From contig JBEVLV010000191.1 of assembly GCA_040508955.1 (NCBI GenBank), positions 1 to 57,788 of the forward strand: a stretch of 57,788 bases of DNA, given 5' to 3'. The DNA comes from Sphingomonas sp. Its GTDB lineage: Bacteria; Pseudomonadota; Alphaproteobacteria; Sphingomonadales; Sphingomonadaceae. Under the pieces are notes generated by a model. That model saw only the letters and a program-made list of their open reading frames with translations. It searched no databases and had not been told where the DNA came from. A program made the translations under genes and the position numbers. This document shows, in pieces, positions 39,315 to 47,371 of the stretch (positions are counted from its first letter, which is position 1; the number at the start of each line of letters is the position of its first letter).

Positions 39315-40763
39315 TTACTTGGTGGGATCGATCCGCTTGCGCGTGCCCTTCTCCTGAACGGGCAACGGCTGGTCCGCCGTGGGAATAGGCGGGCTGGGCA
39401 TATTGGCGGCGTTTTGCCGGGCCAGTTGCAAGAGCGCACTGGTATCGGGCAGTCGCGGCGAACGAGACGGCGGTTCCCCGAACCGAAAGGCTGCGGTCAG
39501 GTCGCCGAAGGTCCGGCGGCGCCAATCCGTGATGTTCGGCTCGTGCACGCCGGTGAAGCGCTCCAGGAACTGGAGGACCGAGGTGTGGTCGAACGGCTGG
39601 CTGCACACCCAACCGCCCACGGTCCATGGGGACACGAGGATGCACGGTACGCGGAAGCCACCGCCGATCGGCAAGTCGCCTACGAACTCGCCCGGCGTGC
39701 CGGCGGGTGGGACCGGTGGCGGGACGTGGTCGAACAGACCATCATTCTCGTCATAGTTGAGGATGAAGACGGTCTTGGCCCACACGTCCGGATTGGCGGC
39801 CAACTCGCCCAGCCTGCGGCCGATGAAGTCCGCGCCGGCGGCTGGGAAATGATCGGGATGCTCGTTCGCCTCGGCGCTGGGGAAGATCCAGGAGACGGCC
39901 GGAAGACTGTCGTTGCGGACGTCATGGGCAAAGCGTTCCTCGTCCGAATCGGGCAATCCCCGCAGCACCAGTGGCGAGTTCGACGGCGCGTTCCGGAACC
40001 GATCGAAACGGTTGAACAGATTGTGCGGCCGCTTACCCATTTCACCATATTGGTAGACGCCCCAGGGGATGCCGGCCGCTTCCAGCCGCTCGGCATAGGT
40101 CGTCCAGCGGAACCCCTCGGGCGGCGCCTTGTTGCTGATCACCGGGCCGCCGGCGTGCCCGTCCGGATCGATCGTGCCGGTCGTCCAGTAGAGGCGGTTG
40201 GGCCAGGTCGGCCCCATCACCGAGCAATGATAGGCGTCGCAGATGGTGAAGGCCTCGGCCAGCGCATAGTGGAACGGGATGTCCTCGCGCTTGAAATAGC
40301 CCATCGTATAGGGGCCGTGTTCGCCGTCCGCGCCGCGATGGGCCGGCAGCCACTGGTCCATCCTGCCGCCGTTCCACGCCTGATGCTGCACCTTCCAGGC
40401 GTGGCTGGTCGAGGGCAGCTTCTGTGCGTTGGTCGAGAAGCTGTCGAGATGGAACGGCAGCATATGGCCGGCGGGATTCTGGTCGTCGGGCTGATGGAAC
40501 ACGCTCTTGCCGGTGGAAAGCGTGAGCGCCTTGGGATCGTTGAAGCCGCGCACGCCGGCCAGCGTGCCGAAATAGTGATCGAACGAGCGATTCTCCTGCA
40601 TCAGCATCACGACGTGCTTGACGTCCTTGAGCGAGTTCGGCCGCCGCGGGCCCTGGGCCATCAGCTTTTGAAGGTTGAGCGGCATCAGCGCAGAAGCCGC
40701 CGCAAAGGACCCCGCCTGGGCGGCGCCTTTCAACAACCGGCGACGCGTGAAGGACGATGTCAT
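39315..40763 (-). CDS. Tat-exported phosphoesterase / phospholipase C, paralog 2
   Basis: TRRRLL; HVVMLMQENRSFDHYFG; GPTWPNR; NYDENDGLFDHV; long peptide identities with paralog 1 (alternative start 40778). Confidence 0.92.
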   Translation of the reverse strand: MTSSFTRRRLLKGAAQAGSFAAASALMPLNLQKLMAQGPRRPNSLKDVKHVVMLMQENRSFDHYFGTLAGVRGFNDPKALTLSTGKSVFHQPDDQNPAGHMLPFHLDSFSTNAQKLPSTSHAWKVQHQAWNGGRMDQWLPAHRGADGEHGPYTMGYFKREDIPFHYALAEAFTICDAYHCSVMGPTWPNRLYWTTGTIDPDGHAGGPVISNKAPPEGFRWTTYAERLEAAGIPWGVYQYGEMGKRPHNLFNRFDRFRNAPSNSPLVLRGLPDSDEERFAHDVRNDSLPAVSWIFPSAEANEHPDHFPAAGADFIGRRLGELAANPDVWAKTVFILNYDENDGLFDHVPPPVPPAGTPGEFVGDLPIGGGFRVPCILVSPWTVGGWVCSQPFDHTSVLQFLERFTGVHEPNITDWRRRTFGDLTAAFRFGEPPSRSPRLPDTSALLQLARQNAANMPSPPIPTADQPLPVQEKGTRKRIDPTK

Positions 40764-40870
40764 CGTGTAACCTTTCATGAGAGAAGGGGGTGTTCGTCAG
40801 GCCTGCCGATCGAAGCGGGAAGGGATCACGCGCGGACCCTTATCGGGATCGTGTGGAAGCACGGTGACGA

Positions 40871-42172
40871 TCACTGCTTTTGCGACTTTTGCGCCGCAGC
40901 ATCCGTCGAGGTGCCGAAGCGGGTGGCGAAATCGGAAAGCGCGAAGCTGAATTCTTCCCGCTCGAGATACGCGGCATCAGTGGACTTCGCCTGACCGTCA
41001 TGGGCCTTGTACCAGGCTCCGTATTCGGGAATTTCCGATGCGAATTTGCGGTAATGGGTCGAATAGGTCCGCACCTCGACGTTGGGCGTGCGGCCGTCCA
41101 TGCGGAACTTCAGCAGCCTGAGCCACCCATCGCCCACATCCTCGCGACGGGCGCCGGCATCGATGACCGTCTGTCCGCGTCCCTGATAATCGGCCATCAT
41201 CTGCCAGACCTTGTGACCCGCGCGGTTGGTATCCACGCTGAAACTCTGGCCGCCGACATGGCCGCTCAGGACGAGAAAGATCTGATCGTGCCGGCTGATG
41301 AACTTTTCCCACATCATCTGCGGGTTGTTATCCAGCGGATCGAGAAGGTTCTGTTCGGGATTTGAGCCGGTATCCCGGTTGCCGTCACGGTCGAGATAGT
41401 CGTGGGTCGAGACGATGGTCGGCAGGCCCGGAAAGCGCCTTATGACCTCTGCCGCCCATTCCAGCGACGCATTGGGTGCCTGATATTGCAGGCCGATATG
41501 CAGGAAACGGCACTGGCCGGCGGTGAATATCTGCGCGCTATCCGCGCCGCCGTCGTGCGAGGCCACATACCATGGCTGGTCCTTGAAGAATTCCGACTGG
41601 TCGGAAAAAGCGGACCGGAAAGCGGTCAGGCCACCCAGATGGCGCGTTCCGTCCAGCTTCTCCTTCGGATGCGGCGGATGCGCAGGGTCGGTCCATAGCG
41701 CGTCGTAATCATGATTGCCGGGAACCACGGAGAAAGGCAGTTTCCCCGCCATCAGCTGGAAGCCGAAAATTGCGGTCGGGATCTCAAAGCTTTTGACCTG
41801 CGCCTTGGGCGACATCGCGACTTCGGAACCGCCATTGGGCATCCATTTGAAACCGCGCGCGGCATGGCCGGGGTCCATCCATTTTGAGTAATGCTGCCAG
41901 ACGTCGCCGACCTGGGTGGCGAAAACGATATCGCCACCCTCGCTCCTCGAATGCTGGGCGATCCAGCGCATCTGCTCATAATATTGCTCGGCTGCGTCGA
42001 ATGCGAAGCCCGAAGATTTCTGATGGCGGAAATCGACGTAATTCTGCGTGTCCGGGATCATGGCCACGGTGAAATCGCCGCAGTTCGCGGCATTTTGCGC
42101 CAGAGCGGGTCCGGCGGAAAACAGGAATGCCAGCCAAAGTCCCGCCGAAGCAATATTCCTTATGGTTCTCAT
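40871..42172 (-). CDS. Secreted calcineurin-like metallophosphoesterase
   Basis: Signal peptide (ALA-Q); IPDTQNY, VGDV, PGNHDYD, STHDY, LSGHV metal-binding motifs. Confidence 0.85.
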   Translation of the reverse strand: MRTIRNIASAGLWLAFLFSAGPALAQNAANCGDFTVAMIPDTQNYVDFRHQKSSGFAFDAAEQYYEQMRWIAQHSRSEGGDIVFATQVGDVWQHYSKWMDPGHAARGFKWMPNGGSEVAMSPKAQVKSFEIPTAIFGFQLMAGKLPFSVVPGNHDYDALWTDPAHPPHPKEKLDGTRHLGGLTAFRSAFSDQSEFFKDQPWYVASHDGGADSAQIFTAGQCRFLHIGLQYQAPNASLEWAAEVIRRFPGLPTIVSTHDYLDRDGNRDTGSNPEQNLLDPLDNNPQMMWEKFISRHDQIFLVLSGHVGGQSFSVDTNRAGHKVWQMMADYQGRGQTVIDAGARREDVGDGWLRLLKFRMDGRTPNVEVRTYSTHYRKFASEIPEYGAWYKAHDGQAKSTDAAYLEREEFSFALSDFATRFGTSTDAAAQKSQKQ

Positions 42173-42252
42173 TCCCACTTCCATTCCCACTGCCGAAAAT
42201 CAGGAAATTCGATGGACGGCGCCTGGCTGGCCGGGCGCCATCCATCGGTGCC

Positions 42253-45200
42253 TCAGAAGCGGCCTCGAATGCCGAAGGTGCCGGAGCGACCGAACCAGTT
42301 CTCGATCGCGGTGTGGTTGGGAAGAGTGGGATCCGCGGTCTGCGTGCCCGGCGCGTTGCCGGGGACGACGACGTTGTAGGGTTTGTTGAGCACGTTCGCC
42401 ATGGTGCCGAACAGCTCGAAGTTCTTCGTCACCCTGACGCGCAGATTGAGGCTCAGGTCGGTGCGGGCCTGGAACCAGCTCGGCGTGGTCGAACGCAGCT
42501 TGTCGTCGTTCCACAGCAGATTGACGTAGAAGCGCACCGGCCCCTTTTCGTACGTGATCGCGGCCGAACCGATATTGTTGCCGAGGCGCAGCAGCGGGTC
42601 GTCGCCATGGGTGTTGGGCTCGTTGTGCATGAAGGCGCCGCGCACCGAGAGGCCGTTGAGGGGCGAGGGCAGCCAGCTGAAGCTGTGCTGGAAGCTCGCC
42701 TCGATGCCCTTGATCGTGACGAGGCTGACCTGCTTGTAGGTCGTGAACAGGATACCCGTCGGATCGTCGATGCCGAGCTGTGCCAGCGCCTGGGTCGCGG
42801 CGGAGCCCGTTTCCTCGGCGGTCAGGTCCGACTGGGCGACCGCCAGCCCCTTGATCCGGTTGTAATAGACGCCGACGTTGAACAGGCCGACGCTCTTGAA
42901 ATAGCGCGAGTAGCGCGCCGAGAAATTGTCCGACGTCGCCGGCGACAGCCCCGGATTGGGGATGGTGATCAGGCCGGTGCCGAGTTCGCCGCCCAGCGGA
43001 TCGTAGCTGGCGTTGCCCGCGGTCGCGTTCAGGCCGGGGCGCAGGATCGTGCGGCTATAGCCCATGTCGATGTCATTGCTCTCGCCGACGGTCCATTTGA
43101 GCGAAGCCGAAGGGAACAGATTGAAATAGCGGCCCTTGGTCTTCTGGATGCCGTTGGTGCCGTACTGGATGTCGATGCAGGGGATGGTGGTGGCGATGCC
43201 CGTGGCGGCGACCGCGCAGGCCTTGCCGGTTACGGGATCGGTATGGGTCTTGAGATCCGCCGCCGGCATCTGGGTGTAGCCCAGCGACGTGTTGCTGGTC
43301 CATTCGGCGCGCAGGCCGGCGCGGAACTTCAGCCGAGGCGCGAGCTCCGCCGTCGCCATGCCGTAGACGGCCTTGATGTTCTCCTGGAACCGGGTGGTGT
43401 TGTTATACGCCGCTGCCGCATAATTGGCCGCGCTCGGCACCGCCTTGGCCCAGTTGCCGGGATTGTTGACCAGGTCGAGATAGAGCGCGTGGGTGTCGAA
43501 GGTCGGGATGTAGTTCGAGCCCGAGAGGGAGTAGTGGTACGAGCCCGACTGGTCGTAGACCGTCCGCTGATTGGGGTTGACGAAAGCCTGGATGAACTGG
43601 GCGTTCGTCATCGGCCCGACATAGTTGTAGATGCCGTCGAGGAAGGTGTCGTCGCTGAAGCGGTAATTGGTGTCGCTGATCTTGAAGCCTGACTGGAGCG
43701 TCAGCGGCACATTGCCGAGATGCCCCTCGTAGCGCGCGTTCATCTGGCCCGATTTCTCGTAGATGAAGGCGTCCTGCCCGCCGCTGGTGCGGATCTGCGG
43801 AGCGCTCATCGTGTAGCTGGCCGGGTTCGACCAGTCGGGGCCGGCGGTCTGGGTGACGGTCCAGTCGGTGCCCATCAGACCCGGGCTGTTCTTGGTCATG
43901 TTGAACTGCGGCGTGCCCGACAGCGTCAGCGTCGGCGCCGTGCCCACCTGCTCGCGGTGCAGCGTGTTGTAATAGCTGTGGCTGTCCGAATAGGCGAAGC
44001 TGCCGTCCAGATGGAAATTGCCGCCCTTCCACTCGAAGCTCGGCGCCAGGATGTTGCCGTTGTTGATCTTGTACTGGCCGCCGCCGCCGACCGTCATCTT
44101 GGCGCCGGTGGTGGTGGTGAAATTGCTCAGCGGATCGCCGGTCACGCCGCTGCGCGCGCCGGTGGTGTAGGTCACGTCTCCGGTCGTGTTCTGGTACACG
44201 TCGCCGCGATAGAGGATGGAGAGGAAGCCGAAGGTCAGGCGGTCGTTGGCCTTGAAGTCGAGCTGGAGCGAACCGGTGCGGCGCGTGGTCTCGCGCGGGT
44301 TGGCGGCGGTTTCATAGGCGCTGTACGCCAGCGGCGAGGGACTCTTGGCCGTCGGCGCATAGCTGCGGCTCATCGTGTTCTGTTCGTAGCCGAGATACTG
44401 GTCGTTGAAGCCCAGAGAGAACATCACGCCCAGGCGATGATCGAAGAAGCTGTCGGCGAAGAACAGGCTGGCATTGGGCAGGAAGCGTTTGGAGCCCCAG
44501 CCATCGGACTTAGGACCGGTATTCTTGTACTTGTCCAGCATGTCGTCCGACGTGAATGCGCTGAGCGAGAAGGTAAGCACCGGCTTCTTGCGGTTATAGG
44601 CGTGCTTGGTGCGCAGATCGACGATGCCCGCGGGCGCGTCGGCGTTCTGATCGGCACCGACCGTCTTGTACAGGACGATGGAGTCGATCGCCGAGATGCC
44701 GATCGACTCATAGCTGAACACGCGCGCAGCGGCGGCCGAGTTGGCATAGCCGGTGGGCGAGTTGGCGTTGGCGGAAATCACGTCCATGCCGTTCAGCTGG
44801 GTCCGGGTGAACTCGCCCGGCAGCCCGCGCAGCGAGGCGTAGATCGCGGTGCCGTTGGTACCGTCCACGTCGACGCCGGGCATGTACTTGATCATTTCCG
44901 CAGGGTTGCCGCCGGCGACGTCGCCATAGGCCTCGGTCGAGATGACGTCGGCGATCTGCATCTCGCGACGCTGCGCCTGGATCGAGCTGGCCTGGCCTTC
45001 GCGCTCGCCCTGGACGACGATATCGCTTTCGCTCGCCGCCTGGCCGTGTCGGCCGGTCTGCGTAAGGTTGAAGTCGAGCCGCACCGTGCCGCCGGGCTCG
45101 ATCGCTGCCTCGTGCGTCTCCGAGACGTAGCCGACGAAGCTGACCGTCACCGTGACCGGGCCGGACGGCACGTTCTGCGCGGCGAAGGATCCGTCTTCGC

Positions 45201-45447
45201 CACTCACTGCGCTGTAGTGCTTGTCCCCTGCATCGATGGTGATGACCGCGTCGCGCAGGATGTTGCCGCCGGCCTCCGTTGCGATCACGCCGGTGATCGT
45301 GCCTTCCCCTATGGCGCGCTCGCTGGCCTGAGCGGGCGAGCCGCTCCCCTGCTCCTGCGCGAAAGCCGGCGACGCGATCGCGATCGCGGCGATCGCCGAA
45401 CCACAAAACAGAACCGAACGATCCAACTTTATCATGATTGCCCCCAT
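42253..45447 (-). CDS. TonB-dependent receptor with N-terminal carboxypeptidase-regulatory-like domain (no STN)
   Basis: Signal peptide; GTITGVI...DGSF..QNVPSGPVTVTVSFVGY; YGDVAGGNPAEMIKYMPGV plug; DAPAGIVDL; PNPGLSP; ends in GRF (alternative start 45435). Confidence 0.9.
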   Translation of the reverse strand: MGAIMIKLDRSVLFCGSAIAAIAIASPAFAQEQGSGSPAQASERAIGEGTITGVIATEAGGNILRDAVITIDAGDKHYSAVSGEDGSFAAQNVPSGPVTVTVSFVGYVSETHEAAIEPGGTVRLDFNLTQTGRHGQAASESDIVVQGEREGQASSIQAQRREMQIADVISTEAYGDVAGGNPAEMIKYMPGVDVDGTNGTAIYASLRGLPGEFTRTQLNGMDVISANANSPTGYANSAAAARVFSYESIGISAIDSIVLYKTVGADQNADAPAGIVDLRTKHAYNRKKPVLTFSLSAFTSDDMLDKYKNTGPKSDGWGSKRFLPNASLFFADSFFDHRLGVMFSLGFNDQYLGYEQNTMSRSYAPTAKSPSPLAYSAYETAANPRETTRRTGSLQLDFKANDRLTFGFLSILYRGDVYQNTTGDVTYTTGARSGVTGDPLSNFTTTTGAKMTVGGGGQYKINNGNILAPSFEWKGGNFHLDGSFAYSDSHSYYNTLHREQVGTAPTLTLSGTPQFNMTKNSPGLMGTDWTVTQTAGPDWSNPASYTMSAPQIRTSGGQDAFIYEKSGQMNARYEGHLGNVPLTLQSGFKISDTNYRFSDDTFLDGIYNYVGPMTNAQFIQAFVNPNQRTVYDQSGSYHYSLSGSNYIPTFDTHALYLDLVNNPGNWAKAVPSAANYAAAAYNNTTRFQENIKAVYGMATAELAPRLKFRAGLRAEWTSNTSLGYTQMPAADLKTHTDPVTGKACAVAATGIATTIPCIDIQYGTNGIQKTKGRYFNLFPSASLKWTVGESNDIDMGYSRTILRPGLNATAGNASYDPLGGELGTGLITIPNPGLSPATSDNFSARYSRYFKSVGLFNVGVYYNRIKGLAVAQSDLTAEETGSAATQALAQLGIDDPTGILFTTYKQVSLVTIKGIEASFQHSFSWLPSPLNGLSVRGAFMHNEPNTHGDDPLLRLGNNIGSAAITYEKGPVRFYVNLLWNDDKLRSTTPSWFQARTDLSLNLRVRVTKNFELFGTMANVLNKPYNVVVPGNAPGTQTADPTLPNHTAIENWFGRSGTFGIRGRF

Positions 45448-45480
45448 GCTTCCCGACGCAGTGCGTGCGCTGCCCCTTGG

Positions 45481-45504
45481 GAGCCGCTGGGATCGCGTTT
45501 CCGC
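45481..45504 (-). promoter_or_regulatory. Candidate ECF-sigma promoter GCGGAAA-N12-GGCTC
   Basis: Minus strand GCGGAAA-cgcgatcccagc-GGCTC, ~33 bp upstream of receptor ATG; same motif at 47299-47322. Confidence 0.6.
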
Positions 45505-45562
45505 TACCGAGCCCCGAAATTATTTGTCGGAGGTCGTCCGCGCCTCGGCGGTCGGAGGCATT

Positions 45563-45590
45563 CCAAATTTGATCCGGCCAAATTTGATCC
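45563..45590. repeat. 13-bp direct repeat, two copies
   Basis: CCAAATTTGATCC-GG-CCAAATTTGATCC, each containing palindrome CAAATTTG. Confidence 0.85.
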
Positions 45591-45593
45591 AGT

Positions 45594-45611
45594 CTGAACC
45601 GAGTCTGTCAC
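45594..45611 (+). promoter_or_regulatory. Weak Pho-box-like element upstream of ECF sigma 2
   Basis: CTGAACC-GAGT-CTGTCAC at 11-bp period; TAACGG 10 nt downstream, same geometry as 10137-10154. Confidence 0.35.
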
Positions 45612-45714
45612 ATTCTCCGCCTAACGGAACCCGGACTCGCCACTGATCCCAACGCGCGCCAGTCGGTTCGTGGCGGCTCATCCGGAGTTTGGGTTAACCT
45701 TCCAAGGGCAGCTG

Positions 45715-46317
45715 ATGCACGCGATCGACCGGGAACGGACGCGATGGTTCCTTCGCACCATTCTGCCGCATGAGCCGGCGCTGCGGACCTGGCTCGTGCG
45801 CCGGCAACCGCTCGGGCTCGACGCGGACGACATCATCCAGGAGGCCTATGCCATCCTTGCCGATCTCGAGACGGTCGACGGCATTCTTCACCCGCGCGCC
45901 TATCTTTTCCAGGTCGCGCGATCGGTCATCTCGAAGCATGTGCGACGGGCCCGCGTGGTTTCCATTCATGCGGTCGAGGACCTCATGCAGTTCGAGCACG
46001 CCGACGACAGCCCATCACCCGAACAAATCGTCATCGATCGCGATGAATTGGGTCGGCTCGCCCGAGCGATCGGCGCCATGCCGAGCAAGACCCAGCAGGC
46101 CTTCGTCCTGCGTCGCGTGAACGGGCTCTCCCAGCGCGAGATCGCCACGCAGATGGCGATTTCCGAGAATACGGTCGAAAAACATATCTCGCGAGGCCTT
46201 CGTTTCCTGATGGATTGGTTTGGCCATGGCGGAAAAGCTCTGGCAGAAGCCTCTAGGGAAGCGGAGTTGGAGATTGCCTCTCGAGATGGCCGAGCGAGAA
46301 ACCAGTCGAGACATTGA
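45715..46317 (+). CDS. FecI-like ECF RNA polymerase sigma factor (2)
   Basis: ILPHEPALRTWL, ADDIIQEAYA, PRAYLFQVARS, GLSQREIA...SENTVEKHISRGL. Confidence 0.92.
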   Translation: MHAIDRERTRWFLRTILPHEPALRTWLVRRQPLGLDADDIIQEAYAILADLETVDGILHPRAYLFQVARSVISKHVRRARVVSIHAVEDLMQFEHADDSPSPEQIVIDRDELGRLARAIGAMPSKTQQAFVLRRVNGLSQREIATQMAISENTVEKHISRGLRFLMDWFGHGGKALAEASREAELEIASRDGRARNQSRH

Positions 46318-47281
46318 CGAGAAGGCGGCCGATTGGGTCGCGCGGCTCGACCGAGGACAGCTCTCGGGGGAGGAAGCGGAAGCACTTGAGGCATGGCTGC
46401 GCGGCGATCCGCGGCGGCGTGGCGCGCTGCTGCGCGCCGATGCGCTGTCGATGCTGAGCGAGTCCGCGCAGGCGCTCGGCCCCGATTTCGATCCTCAGCG
46501 GTTCGCCGATTTCGCGACGCCTGCCCGCACGCCCGTTTCCAGGCGCAGGGTGCTGACCTGGGCGGGGGCGGGCGGGCTGGTGGCGGCATCGGTCGTTGCG
46601 TTGGGAATCAGCCTGCCGGCTTCCGGAGCGATCGCGACGGGGCTCGGCGAAGTACGCCTCGTCACGCTCGACGACGGCTCGACCGTGATGCTGAACACCC
46701 AGACCCGCGTGCGGGTACGCTACGGTTCCGGCGAACGCCGCATCGAGCTGCTCGAAGGCGAGGCCTTTTTCACGATCGTCCGCGACCGCCGCCCGTTCCT
46801 TGTCGAAGTCGGCGATGCCCGCCTGCGTGCGGACCAGGCGACGTTCCGTGTCCGCAAGCTCGGTGAAGCGCCCGTCGATATTCTGGTGGATCGCGGCGGG
46901 GTGGTGCTCGGCAGGGCAGGAGCGCAGGCCTCCATGGTCCTGCAGGCGAATACCCGCCTGGTCCTTCAGCCGCAGGGAAATGGCGGGGCGTTATCGCCGC
47001 AGCCGATTACGCCGGATCTGCTCTCGCGCGAGCTCGCGTGGCGGGACGGCAAGATCGCATTCGAAGGCGACCGGCTCGACCAGGCAGCCGCCGCGTTTGC
47101 GCGATACAGCAACACGCGTATCGAGATCCGGGACCCCGAATTGGCCGGCGAGCCGGTGACGGGATTGTTCTCGGCGAGCGACCCGGCGGGCTTCGGCCGT
47201 GCCGTCGCGGGTATCTTCGGCGCCCGGATCGAACAGCGCGACAATATCGTGATTCTCCGCCGAGGCTCCGAACCGCAATAA
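46286..47281 (+). CDS. FecR-family anti-sigma/sensor (2)
   Basis: AADWVARLD...WLRGDPRRRGA; SRRRVL + TM; TLDDGSTVMLNT; LLEGEAFF; LAWRDGKIAF; overlaps sigma 3' end. Confidence 0.92.
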   Translation: MAERETSRDIDEKAADWVARLDRGQLSGEEAEALEAWLRGDPRRRGALLRADALSMLSESAQALGPDFDPQRFADFATPARTPVSRRRVLTWAGAGGLVAASVVALGISLPASGAIATGLGEVRLVTLDDGSTVMLNTQTRVRVRYGSGERRIELLEGEAFFTIVRDRRPFLVEVGDARLRADQATFRVRKLGEAPVDILVDRGGVVLGRAGAQASMVLQANTRLVLQPQGNGGALSPQPITPDLLSRELAWRDGKIAFEGDRLDQAAAAFARYSNTRIEIRDPELAGEPVTGLFSASDPAGFGRAVAGIFGARIEQRDNIVILRRGSEPQ

Positions 47282-47298
47282 ATTGCGCTCCCGGAGGG

Positions 47299-47322
47299 GC
47301 GGAAAGGATCGCCTGAAGGCTC
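47299..47322 (+). promoter_or_regulatory. Candidate ECF-sigma promoter GCGGAAA-N12-GGCTC
   Basis: GCGGAAA-ggatcgcctgaa-GGCTC, ~49 bp upstream of transducer start. Confidence 0.6.
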
Positions 47323-47371
47323 TTAGCCTGAAGCGGGCGGCGCAGCCGCTGCCCGAGAGGGGGCTCATGGC

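Noticed and set aside
42170-42190. Repeat CATTCCCAC-TTC-CATTCCCAC at the metallophosphoesterase start
   Set aside because: Only two 9-bp copies; a trivial duplication around the RBS/start.
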